Shown here: positions 10,301-18,764 of the stretch, piece by piece
How positions within the stretch are numbered: the stretch's first letter is position 1
How the letters are laid out: the number at the start of each line of letters is the position of its first letter
IMG/VR virus record: IMGVR_UViG_3300042563_001894
DNA: 47,256 nt
Direction: 5' to 3' (one strand)
Origin: a virus
Lineage: Duplodnaviria; Heunggongvirae; Uroviricota; Caudoviricetes
Position numbers and translations under genes: made by a program
Notes under the pieces: generated by a model
Told to the model about the DNA's origin: nothing
The model's input: the letters and a program-made list of their open reading frames with translations, nothing else
The model's database searches: none

Positions 10301-13300
10301 CTATTAATCAAGATGCAAACCCATATATTAGTTCCGCCTATTTGTTTATTAATAGCTTACCTTTATCGACACTAAGGGAAAAATATAAAACATACACAGG
10401 TAATGATACAAATTATTCTGATGAGAATTTAGACTATATATTCGCGTCTATGAAAAAATATGCGGCTCTTCATAAAGTCCCATATGCTTGGATATTAAAA
10501 ATAGGTTCAATTTGGCATCGTTATAAAAAATATGTTAATACTAATGTTGATATTTTAGATAATTGTTGGAAAAAGTTTGACGCGGTTAAAAATTATGACC
10601 CGGTTAATAATAGTGCCTCAACAGTTTATAATTTTACTATTCCGGGACAAGTTTCTGCGACGACAATGGTGTTGGAAACAACAAACATAATTCCAACATT
10701 CTCAATTCCAATGGGGGCAACTAACGTTCAAACAATAATTAACACAGGATTTTATCCTAAATTAATTAACGATTTTAATGTTTTTTATCAAGGATATAAT
10801 GTTTATACAGGTTATACTAGTTCTGATATTCAAAATGGGTTTAGTGAAGGTATATTGTTAAATTATGTTCCTGAGGCGGTTATAAATAATGTAACAGGGA
10901 CTACAACAGGTAATAGTCAAACTATTTCGGTAATCCCTTGGTCTGTATCTATTGTTGCTGATTATGGACAATATATCTATATTCTACCATCTCATGGGGG
11001 ATTAATTAACCAAACTAAAAATGAGTGTTTTGACACATCAGATAATTTAGTTTATCAAGTTACCGGTAATACTGCGATGTACAATGGTTCTGCTAGATTA
11101 TTTTGGGGTTCACCTAATTATGGATATTTTGATAATACTAAAGTAATAAAACCGGAACCTATTCACTACCTAAAACAAATCTTTTCAGGTCAAGAAGCTC
11201 AAGAAAATTTCTCCATAAATGGGTTAAGTCAGGACTATACAAAAATTAGTGAAATTTTTTCAGTTTTTGATAGAGACGCTTTAGATAACTTTGAAACAGA
11301 GTTTTTAAATTTCTCAATATCTATCTACGATTATGAGACAGATATAAACTCAACAGATACTGAAACACAAAAATCTTTTAAAAATTTCCAATCATTAATG
11401 AGGAATATGATGAAAATTCCAAATACGGCAACAAATAATGTGGAATGGGTGGAAAATATTCAAAATAAACAGTTATCAAATATTTCAAATATAATTAATC
11501 AATTTTTAAACTACGATGTTTATTTTAAATTAGGTAACCCATCTTCGTTTAACAAACAATTGTTTTATACGTTCTCAAGTAACCATAGAATTGAAACTCC
11601 GGTTACGTGGGATTATTATAACTATATGACACCAAATTCGTTACCTACGGGAAGAACATTAAATAATTCAATTACGACTTATCCGTTAGAATGGGCGGCT
11701 TTGGAGACATACGTTGGTTTTTCTGAAATACCTCAATTAACGTATAAAGATGGTGGTTCATATATTACTGATTTCTTTATAGATTGTAATGTCGCCTTTG
11801 ATGTGTATAACATTGAAAAATTGGCACCTATTATTAAAATATATGCTACTCAGAAATTAAAAGATAATACTTTAAATTACGAAAAGTTTGTTAAATTAAT
11901 GAATGATTATTTAGATAATTTAGATTTGTTTAACAATAGAATTATCAATAATCTTATGATTAAATTACAAAAATCATTACCAAACGTTAATTTTACACCA
12001 CAAACTAAACCTGAAACGGTGTTAGAAAGTAAACAAACTAAACTTGAATTATGGGAATCATTTAAAGCAACAAACGATAAATGGATTTCCGGGACTGACT
12101 TTAAAGAAAAAACATTATTTGAAGATGTCTTACTATTAGATAGAGCGAGTAGAGATGTTGGTAATTTAGTTTTAGTGGATGTTCAAAAATTAAAAGATGA
12201 TTTAAAAGAAATTAATGTTGCTTCAACAATGTTAACGTATATTCAAACTATTTTAGTTAGAAATAATTTTGTAGTTATGAATATACCGTCATATGTTAAT
12301 TTTTATAATGTCCAAGATGCGGTTAAGAATCCAAAACCAAAACCTGAAGGGACTTTAGAGTTTGCAAACACTTTATTTGGGACATTTATGAATGTTGATT
12401 ATCGAAATTCATCTGCTAAGATGGTTTGTTTTTACGCCGGAAAACCAAGTGAACAATTAGACTTAAAAGAGAATGTTGATTACCGTTATAGAAATGATGC
12501 GTTTGATTTGAGACGTGTTGATAATCCATTGGTTGAAAATCAAATAGGTAAAAATGATTGGGATAAATCAAATAAGGTTGTTGGGTTTAATGTAGATTTT
12601 GGACCACAAAATCAATCAATATTTCACGGGTTTAATATTAGTCAAAATCCGGGGTTAGCGACTGCGGAATCATTAGAGGTATTAAATCAAATGGCGAATC
12701 AATCAAATAATAGAGGAGGGGCAACTCAGAATACTTCATTATATAATTTATATAAAAATAGAAGTTATTCTTGTACTGTTAGTATGATGGGTAATGCTAT
12801 GATACAACCAACGATGTATTTTAATTTAAGACACGTCCCAATGTTTAGTGGTCCATATATGATACAAAAAGTTAATCACTCAATAACACCGGGACATTTT
12901 GATACAACATTTGAAGGTATTAGACAACCAACAGCATCTTTACCCAAGTTAGATAATTATATTCAATCTCTTAAAACAACATTATTACAATCAATAATTG
13001 ATGAAAATAAAAAAAATAAACAGGAAAAAGAAAAGGCGGCACTCTCGGCAACAACCACTAACAGTATTACTCAGAACGCTGCTGTAGTTAGTGATAGTGT
13101 TGACCAAGATGGTACAACTCAAAGTAATAGTCAAAAATGTCCACCAAGTAAGGTTAAAAATGATAAGTATGTTAAGTTTATCGCGACAGACACTAAAAAT
13201 GCGACTAGTGCAACATATAAAGAAGTGGTTGATATAATATCAACAAAAACAACAGACCAAAAAATACGATATGCTGTTTTTGCTAAAATGTATTTAAGCT

Positions 13301-14250
13301 CGTCTCAAAGTGGGTTGTTGCAATCTCAATCATTCAATTATAGTAATACTGATTTGAAACAAGATTGGGGACCATCCGTGGAGACATTCTTTACAACAAA
13401 AAAATATTATTGTAGTGATTCAAATATTCCTTATATTACATTTAAAAGTTTGAGTCAAAATATTGATTTTTTAATTTCAAGATATAAAGATAGAGTTGGT
13501 AAAATTAATAGTATTAGTGCTAAAGATATTACTAAATTTTTAATATTATATGGTGAAAGCGGTATTTCACCGGAGACAGAATATACAACTCTAAACCCGA
13601 CTGACGTGACAACAATTGAAAATAATGTTCAAAACGCTATTAATGTTTATAATCCAACAAGTGGGAATAATACTAATCAAACACCTCCGGCGACAACACC
13701 GGCACCAACAGCAATACCACCAACAACTAGTGGGGATAAAGGTATTCTTGAAGAGTCGTTAGTTTTAAACACTTATTTTTTTAAAAATTTAAAAATAAAT
13801 AGTAATGGGTCTTTAAGTGGTGATTTTGTTATTCTTAGTAATGGTAATATTTTAAGTCAATCATATCCTGCTAAATTATATCTTCCGGGTCAAATGGATT
13901 TAGTTGAAATTGCTACTTTTACTATGAACACTAATAAAAATAATACAGGTTCATTCATAACTAATGCTAACGTTATTGAGGCGATAGAACTAGTTCGTAA
14001 TGATAATACTTATCAAAATGCTTTTATTGTTAAAATTAATGCGTTTTCAGATTTAAGATTTGTACGTAATAAGGTCATTATGCCGTTGGATTGTCCTGGT
14101 GAAGGATTTACGTATCGTCAAATAATTGATGTTGGTGATTGGGATGCAATTAAAGATGACATATGTTGTAATTGTTACCCTAATCCGTATACCGGTATGG
14201 AAATTATTTGGGATGGAAAACCTTGTTCTAAGAATGGAACAAAATGTTAA
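7327..14250 (+). CDS. Giant baseplate hub protein (T4 gp27 / P2 gpD / VgrG-N-like) with large insertion and C-terminal extension (2307 aa)
   Basis: N-terminal hub-like GITSINIRQ...TIDITLVDVKG. Late hub motif YSCTVSMMGNAMIQP...FSGPYMIQKVNHSITPGHFDTTFEGIR. Follows the LysM gene with an 11-nt overlap. Confidence 0.7.
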   Translation: MVGKPENILVEFDYNNITIIDPNKVVDSDNKVKDRFVKQEDLVMYANLECSVLPRTKLALGTANNDSIRTVSIAKINFLKPGDKPYLDNSYTDEITGKGAIRGEGVNQPTFQSITNPNNSDDFYLKQTISSGGKPGAVDNGLLGITSINIRQGLDFLPTIDITLVDVKGRALFEAGDNSPYAAFFNLPYPLFHLTIKGYFGKAVRLGLMLQNFTTTYDSNTANFTIALKFYTYKYTVLSDVTMGALLATPHMYQSRFNITRTSGGPSTTTKTDNVVVERGYQKIVEMYSEYKSKGLIPNDFPEITLMQMKDRIENFIKNVLDSFTKQNLDPLTNLDTYGTQLRDYQKEVFYTVKTSWFNEFMDTENYYILNKLDTKVYTFKKNLDPQKKSDAISKLKGLIGKYNTLLNENVTCGNVNGKGSYTINGKVTKCSIPNSVKYETKGVFTIDINPNDINLTETYKLQKKNSQPTPEDLTKFQAELATTNLFNNTEITLKNGAKEVVQNYFVFEGKGSFIDLTDKMNTLLTTNRGLVEDELTKALAELLENKDNGIGFVPTIRNVLAVVFANGEAFLRLMDDVHTKAWEQRDSKIRKGVIFDKQIANASADNKSSGDDKNQPVYPWPQVIKETTGENGQEKYELRYPGDSDIVGETKGYLYDVWPEIEFVEEFIKGLTQKTPPPQPPAKTSNDTKDTNRVSLGAIEFPISNEVYQNKVISKFIYEIYERVLLTSHYSKLDRTNVSTSEADKIANVIGEGENINISKSVSDNSDVELIKTLKEYNLNSSNFQSVLKHISNEGVSVSWQNYIRGIFNTGYIKNTVENASFEFKTSDEINDSKSQPLVSLSNEKDIVDYVATSTTSNKYDFTDTYPFTDKTWVKGNLANGVSTDETLAFNTTKTLIYNPNKKVISNFSDIQSEDVKKPITNFVYKNVVMPTIVDDDLRNFYSTRTYTNQLPTEGDVKYLNYSGLVSSYQTTSIFNTPYFINSIQEGVVNSINQDANPYISSAYLFINSLPLSTLREKYKTYTGNDTNYSDENLDYIFASMKKYAALHKVPYAWILKIGSIWHRYKKYVNTNVDILDNCWKKFDAVKNYDPVNNSASTVYNFTIPGQVSATTMVLETTNIIPTFSIPMGATNVQTIINTGFYPKLINDFNVFYQGYNVYTGYTSSDIQNGFSEGILLNYVPEAVINNVTGTTTGNSQTISVIPWSVSIVADYGQYIYILPSHGGLINQTKNECFDTSDNLVYQVTGNTAMYNGSARLFWGSPNYGYFDNTKVIKPEPIHYLKQIFSGQEAQENFSINGLSQDYTKISEIFSVFDRDALDNFETEFLNFSISIYDYETDINSTDTETQKSFKNFQSLMRNMMKIPNTATNNVEWVENIQNKQLSNISNIINQFLNYDVYFKLGNPSSFNKQLFYTFSSNHRIETPVTWDYYNYMTPNSLPTGRTLNNSITTYPLEWAALETYVGFSEIPQLTYKDGGSYITDFFIDCNVAFDVYNIEKLAPIIKIYATQKLKDNTLNYEKFVKLMNDYLDNLDLFNNRIINNLMIKLQKSLPNVNFTPQTKPETVLESKQTKLELWESFKATNDKWISGTDFKEKTLFEDVLLLDRASRDVGNLVLVDVQKLKDDLKEINVASTMLTYIQTILVRNNFVVMNIPSYVNFYNVQDAVKNPKPKPEGTLEFANTLFGTFMNVDYRNSSAKMVCFYAGKPSEQLDLKENVDYRYRNDAFDLRRVDNPLVENQIGKNDWDKSNKVVGFNVDFGPQNQSIFHGFNISQNPGLATAESLEVLNQMANQSNNRGGATQNTSLYNLYKNRSYSCTVSMMGNAMIQPTMYFNLRHVPMFSGPYMIQKVNHSITPGHFDTTFEGIRQPTASLPKLDNYIQSLKTTLLQSIIDENKKNKQEKEKAALSATTTNSITQNAAVVSDSVDQDGTTQSNSQKCPPSKVKNDKYVKFIATDTKNATSATYKEVVDIISTKTTDQKIRYAVFAKMYLSSSQSGLLQSQSFNYSNTDLKQDWGPSVETFFTTKKYYCSDSNIPYITFKSLSQNIDFLISRYKDRVGKINSISAKDITKFLILYGESGISPETEYTTLNPTDVTTIENNVQNAINVYNPTSGNNTNQTPPATTPAPTAIPPTTSGDKGILEESLVLNTYFFKNLKINSNGSLSGDFVILSNGNILSQSYPAKLYLPGQMDLVEIATFTMNTNKNNTGSFITNANVIEAIELVRNDNTYQNAFIVKINAFSDLRFVRNKVIMPLDCPGEGFTYRQIIDVGDWDAIKDDICCNCYPNPYTGMEIIWDGKPCSKNGTKC

Positions 14251-14274
14251 ATTAAATTTTTCTTAACTAACAGA

Positions 14275-14281
14275 TATTTAT
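14275..14281 (+). promoter_or_regulatory. TATTTAT motif (putative late promoter)
   Basis: Intergenic, 14 nt before ATG 14296. Confidence 0.5.
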
Positions 14282-14295
14282 ATATAAAAAAGATT

Positions 14296-14520
14296 ATGGA
14301 TACAAAATCATTATTAGAGAATTACTTAGGTAAAAAAACTCGTACTACTGAAAAAGATATGGGTAACGGTTCAAAACAAATTTGTGATTTAGAGTCAGGA
14401 GATTGTTATACAATTAGAATGAAAGATGGTCTAATAGAAAGAGTTGACAATACAATGAGTCAAAATAGAAAAATTCAAGTTGAAACAACAACTGGTGTAA
14501 AACAATTATTAAACGGATAA
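14296..14520 (+). CDS. Hypothetical protein (74 aa)
   Basis: Fills the gap after a TATTTAT motif and is tightly coupled (1-nt gap) to the next gene. Confidence 0.75.
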   Translation: MDTKSLLENYLGKKTRTTEKDMGNGSKQICDLESGDCYTIRMKDGLIERVDNTMSQNRKIQVETTTGVKQLLNG

Positions 14521-14521
14521 A

Positions 14522-15178
14522 ATGAAAAAAATAGACAATAGGATTTTAGAAGAGATTGCTAGATATAATTCAATTAATAATTATATTGTAGAGCAAGACG
14601 CTACATTACCTCCACCACCGGGTGAAGACCCAAACGCTTTACCACCGGCAGGAGGTGCTCCGGCACCTGTTGACCCAAGTATGGCGGCACCGGCAGCACC
14701 TACAGGACCTCAACCTGTGGATTTATCCAATGACCCTGATGTTGAAAAAGTTGAGGGTGATGGAGAAACAGGTAAAACTGAAGAAATGGATATTACTGAT
14801 TTAGTAAAATCTCAGAAAAAAGTTGAACAAAAACAAGAGGAATATTTTGATAACCTATTCCAACATTTAGATAATTTAGAATCTAAGTTAGGTGAAATGG
14901 ACGGTATTATGACTAAGTTAAATGACTTAGAAATGAAAATTGAAAAATATAGAGAAAAAACTCCTCAAGAAAGATTAGAATTAAGAACATTAGATTCAGG
15001 ACCATTCAATCAAAAATTAAGTCAATTCTTTGATGATAAGGAAGAGGATATGGAAAAATCAGGAAAAAATGAGTATGTTTTAACTCAAGATGAGGTTCAA
15101 GATTATTCACCAATCGAAATTAAAAAAACATTTAGAAATTTTGATGATTCTTCATCAGGGTTCCAACAAGTAAGATAA
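14522..15178 (+). CDS. Hypothetical acidic protein with Pro-rich segment and coiled coil (218 aa)
   Basis: PPPPGEDPNALPPAGGAPAP segment, then heptad-like LDNLESKLGEMDGIMTKLNDLEMKIEKY; ends at a terminator. Confidence 0.8.
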   Translation: MKKIDNRILEEIARYNSINNYIVEQDATLPPPPGEDPNALPPAGGAPAPVDPSMAAPAAPTGPQPVDLSNDPDVEKVEGDGETGKTEEMDITDLVKSQKKVEQKQEEYFDNLFQHLDNLESKLGEMDGIMTKLNDLEMKIEKYREKTPQERLELRTLDSGPFNQKLSQFFDDKEEDMEKSGKNEYVLTQDEVQDYSPIEIKKTFRNFDDSSSGFQQVR

Positions 15179-15180
15179 TT

Positions 15181-15208
15181 AAAAGGGTCTTAGTACCCTT
15201 TTTTTTTT
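15181..15208 (+). terminator. Intrinsic terminator
   Basis: AAAAGGGT-CTTAGT-ACCCTTTT perfect inverted repeat followed by a T-run, immediately after stop 15178. Confidence 0.85.
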
Positions 15209-15218
15209 ACAAAACAAT

Positions 15219-15247
15219 TTGACAAACACACGGCTGACACTTATACT
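15219..15247 (+). promoter_or_regulatory. Sigma70-consensus early/middle promoter
   Basis: TTGACA (15219-15224), 17-nt spacer, TATACT (15242-15247), 29 nt upstream of the SSB ATG. Confidence 0.8.
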
Positions 15248-15276
15248 TTTATAAACCTTTAAATATTTTAAACACT

Positions 15277-16131
15277 ATGGCGACAAATTCATTAGACGCA
15301 GTTTTGGCTCAATACGAGAAAGCAAAACAAGGTAGTACTTCTTCTACCTCAAAATTTACACAAGAAGAAAGAATGAAAAAATACTTCGCGGCTATCCTTT
15401 CAGATAAGGAAACTCAAGGTCAACGAAGATTAAGAATCTTACCAACTACAGATGGTTCTTCACCATTTAAAGAAGTTTGGTACCACGAGATTCAAGTTGA
15501 TGGAAAATTCCAAAAATTTTATGACCCGGGAAAAAATGACAATGAACGTTCACCTTTAACTGAGGTTTACGAAGAACTTCGTTCGACAGGTAATGAAAAT
15601 GACAAAAAATTGTCATCTACTTATTTATCACGTAAATTCTACATTGTTAAAGTTATCGATAGAGATAACGAAGAAGATGGAGTTAAATTTTGGAGATTTA
15701 AATCTAACTACAAAAATGAGGGTATCTATGACAAAATCATCCCTATCTACAGAAACAAAGGAGATATTGCTGACCCTGAAAAAGGGAGAGACCTTATCCT
15801 TGAATTAACAAAAGCTAAAACTCCAAAAGGGGCGGTTTACACGGTAATTCAGACAGTTATGTATGATGACGCGGCTCCAATTCACGAAGACACAAAACTT
15901 TCTGAAAGTTGGGTTAACGATGAATTAACTTGGGAAGATGTTTACTCTAAAAAACCGGTTGAATACTTAGAAGCTATTGCAAGAGGCGAATCTCCAAAAT
16001 GGAATACTGACAAAGGTGGTTACGATTATGGTAACTCTGATGAAAGTGAAACTTCATTTGGTGGTTCTAAACCATCGGCTCCAATTGACCCACAAGCGGG
16101 CGCTGAAGAGGATGATGATATGCCATTCTAA
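15277..16131 (+). CDS. Single-stranded DNA-binding protein, T4 gp32-like
   Basis: RLRILP...PFKEVWYH...RKFYIVKVIDRDNEEDGVKFWRF...DPEKGRDL pattern of the gp32 family; acidic tail EEDDDMPF; adjacent to recA. Confidence 0.8.
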   Translation: MATNSLDAVLAQYEKAKQGSTSSTSKFTQEERMKKYFAAILSDKETQGQRRLRILPTTDGSSPFKEVWYHEIQVDGKFQKFYDPGKNDNERSPLTEVYEELRSTGNENDKKLSSTYLSRKFYIVKVIDRDNEEDGVKFWRFKSNYKNEGIYDKIIPIYRNKGDIADPEKGRDLILELTKAKTPKGAVYTVIQTVMYDDAAPIHEDTKLSESWVNDELTWEDVYSKKPVEYLEAIARGESPKWNTDKGGYDYGNSDESETSFGGSKPSAPIDPQAGAEEDDDMPF

Positions 16132-16140
16132 TCAAAAAAA

Positions 16141-16225
16141 AACTTGGACAAATAACTTGGACACTAAGACATAATTAGTGTCCAACTTGTCTAAAAAAAC
16201 TCAAAAAATTAATTTAACTTAGACA
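16141..16225 (+). promoter_or_regulatory. Structured repeat element in ssb-recA intergenic region
   Basis: 11-bp perfect inverted repeat TTGGACACTAA (16157-16167) / TTAGTGTCCAA (16175-16185). Direct repeats AACTTGGACA at 16141 and 16154, and AACTTAGACA at 16216. Confidence 0.65.
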
Positions 16226-16226
16226 T

Positions 16227-17246
16227 ATGGCGATTAAAAAACACGATTTTAAGTCCATTAAGGACAAATTCTCGACATCTGCAAAATACAAACCACAAAG
16301 GTTTTTCGACTTAGGTCCTGACTTTTTGGATGCTGTTGGTATTCCGGGACCGGCTATAGGACACTTAAATATGTTCTTGGGTCACTCAGATACAGGTAAA
16401 ACAACTGCGTTGGTGAAATGTGCTGTTGATGCTCAGAAAAAACAAATATTACCGGTATTCATTATTACCGAACAAAAGTGGTCATTTGAACACGCAAAAC
16501 TTATGGGTTTTGATTGTGAAGAAATGGTTGATGAAGAAACGGGTGAATTAGAATGGGACGGGTTCTACATCTTCAATAATAACTTTAGTTATATAGAACA
16601 AATTACAGATTACATTAATAGTTTACTTGACGCTCAAGAGAAAGGTGAATTAGATTATAGTTTATTGTTCTTATGGGATTCTGTTGGTTCAGTTCCTTGT
16701 AAAATGACTTTTGAAGGTAAAGGTGGTAAACAACATAACGCGGCGGCGTTGGCTGACAAAATTGGTATGGGTATCAATCAAAGAATATCGGGAAGTCGTA
16801 AAGCGGATTCTAAATATGAGAATACTTTGGTTATTGTTAACCAACCTTGGGTTGAACTTCCGGATAATCCATTTGGACAACCTAAAATTAAGGCTAAAGG
16901 TGGTGAGGCGATTTGGTTGAACTCCTCATTAGTTTTCCGTTTCGGGAATGAAAAAGGTGCGGGAACAACAAAGATTACCGCGACTAAAGATAAAAGAACT
17001 ATCAAATTTGCTGTGAGAACTAAAATCTCAGTAATGAAAAACCACATCAACGGATTGGGTTATGAAGATGGTAAGATTATTGTAACACCTCACGGATTCT
17101 TGGCAGGTAAAGAAACTACCGAAGAAAAAGCGTCTATTGAGAAATACAAAAAAGAATACTCTGAATATTGGAAGAATATCATCGGAACAGATGGTGATTA
17201 CGATTTGAAAGAGGTAGAAGAAAAAGAGGTAGAAGAAAAAGAGTAG
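16227..17246 (+). CDS. recA: RecA/UvsX-like recombinase
   Basis: Walker A GHSDTGKTT, Walker B-like LFLWDSVGS, VIVNQ, KAKGG, and RTKISVMKN motifs. Confidence 0.9.
   Translation: MAIKKHDFKSIKDKFSTSAKYKPQRFFDLGPDFLDAVGIPGPAIGHLNMFLGHSDTGKTTALVKCAVDAQKKQILPVFIITEQKWSFEHAKLMGFDCEEMVDEETGELEWDGFYIFNNNFSYIEQITDYINSLLDAQEKGELDYSLLFLWDSVGSVPCKMTFEGKGGKQHNAAALADKIGMGINQRISGSRKADSKYENTLVIVNQPWVELPDNPFGQPKIKAKGGEAIWLNSSLVFRFGNEKGAGTTKITATKDKRTIKFAVRTKISVMKNHINGLGYEDGKIIVTPHGFLAGKETTEEKASIEKYKKEYSEYWKNIIGTDGDYDLKEVEEKEVEEKE
17208..17243 (+). repeat. 15-bp perfect tandem repeat (2.4 copies) at recA 3' end
   Basis: AAAGAGGTAGAAGAA x2 + AAAGAG, encoding KEVEEKEVEEKE. Confidence 0.9.
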
Positions 17247-17268
17247 TAACGAATACAAACAAAAACAA

Positions 17269-18273
17269 GTGACTAAAACACTTTTGGTTGACGGAAACAA
17301 TTTAGTAAAGATTGGATTCCACGGGGTTAAAGATTATTATCACAATGGAAAACACATAGGTGCCTTATGGCACTTTGTGAATACCATTAGACGTTTCATA
17401 GACGAACAAGACTTTGATAAGGTTGTTGTTATGTGGGACGGTGATGATAACTCTTCGACTCGAAAACTTATTTATCCCCAATATAAAGAACAACGTAGAG
17501 ACAGAGACAACGAGTATAAGTTAGATTCTTTCACTGAGCAGAAAGAAAGAATCAAACAATACTTGGAGGACTGTTATATAAGACAAATCAACGTAGATAA
17601 TAACGAAGCAGATGATTTGATTGCTTACTACTGCCAAATCTCGGAGAACGAACAAAAGACCATCTATTCGGGGGATAAAGACCTTACCCAATTAATCTCG
17701 GATAAGGTATCGGTGTTTTATCCGAGAACCAAACAAACTTATCACGTTGGAAGTAAAATCAAATGTGATTTTTACGAATTTCCGCATCAAAACATTAGAA
17801 CTTATAAAATTTTATCGGGAGATAAATCGGATAATATTGATGGTATTTCAGGGTTGGGGGAGAAAACACTTATAAAGTTTTTTCCTGAGCTACTTGAAAA
17901 ACCGGTTTCAATCACCGATATTTTAGAAAAGGCAGAAACTCTACTAAAGGAGAATAAAGATAATAAGACATTACAAAATCTTTTATCCGGTAAAACTAAA
18001 AGTGGTGTTTATGGTGATGAATTTTTTGTGATAAATGAAAAAATCATAAACTTATCAAACCCATTAATTACTGATGATGCTAAAGAACTTGTTGAATTGT
18101 ATTATAAAGAAACTTTAGACCCTGATGGTAGGGGTCATAGAGGACTTATTAAGATGATGATGGAAGACGGGTTTTTTAAGTATCTACCAAAGGGGGATGA
18201 TGCTTGGGTGAATTTTGTTAGACCCTTTATGAAATTAACAAGAAAAGAAAAAAGAAATTATAAAAACAATTAA
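17269..18273 (+). CDS. 5'-3' exonuclease / flap endonuclease (PolI N-terminal domain, T4 RNase H-like)
   Basis: LLVDGNNL, WDG, EADDLIA, SGDKDL, GDKSDNIDGISGLGEKT (helix-3-turn-helix) motifs; GTG start. Confidence 0.92.
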   Translation: MTKTLLVDGNNLVKIGFHGVKDYYHNGKHIGALWHFVNTIRRFIDEQDFDKVVVMWDGDDNSSTRKLIYPQYKEQRRDRDNEYKLDSFTEQKERIKQYLEDCYIRQINVDNNEADDLIAYYCQISENEQKTIYSGDKDLTQLISDKVSVFYPRTKQTYHVGSKIKCDFYEFPHQNIRTYKILSGDKSDNIDGISGLGEKTLIKFFPELLEKPVSITDILEKAETLLKENKDNKTLQNLLSGKTKSGVYGDEFFVINEKIINLSNPLITDDAKELVELYYKETLDPDGRGHRGLIKMMMEDGFFKYLPKGDDAWVNFVRPFMKLTRKEKRNYKNN

Positions 18274-18281
18274 CTAAAGCT

Positions 18282-18734
18282 ATGAAAGACCAAGAATCGG
18301 TAAAATTAGAATTCTTAATGATGGTAAATGATAACATCATTGTGCAAAGATTTTTTAACGTGAGAGAGTTCAATAATGAGGGTAAAAACTCTTTGGAACT
18401 TTACGAATTACTTCGTGAATTTAAAGACGACATTCAAAAACAATTGTCGTTGAAAACCGTAACGTATATGACGGATAATCTGTACGAAATTATTAACAAT
18501 CCGGCTATTTTGGAAACGTCTAATACGGACGGTCCGGAGTACTTTAACATCTTCATCAAACAAAATGATGTGACAATTTGTCATAGACAGGTGGACGCAA
18601 AAGTATACCCTCCAAAGATAAGATATACTGTGGATGTACGCCCACACCTAAAAAACCTATTGATGAACTTGACTGACATCTTTTCATCTAAAAATTTAAC
18701 AAAAAAATATCTAGATGTTACCCTAAGTGTGTAG
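18282..18734 (+). CDS. Hypothetical protein in replication cassette (150 aa)
   Basis: Fills the gap between exonuclease and helicase; no motif recognised. Confidence 0.8.
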   Translation: MKDQESVKLEFLMMVNDNIIVQRFFNVREFNNEGKNSLELYELLREFKDDIQKQLSLKTVTYMTDNLYEIINNPAILETSNTDGPEYFNIFIKQNDVTICHRQVDAKVYPPKIRYTVDVRPHLKNLLMNLTDIFSSKNLTKKYLDVTLSV

Positions 18735-18741
18735 TATTTAT
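18735..18741 (+). promoter_or_regulatory. TATTTAT motif upstream of helicase
   Basis: Directly after TAG 18734, 23 nt before ATG 18765. Confidence 0.4.
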
Positions 18742-18764
18742 TATTACACTAAAAGAAAAAATAT

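Noticed and set aside
16141-16225. CRISPR array or mini-array
   Set aside because: Repeats are only 7-11 nt with irregular spacing and no unique spacers; no cas genes present.
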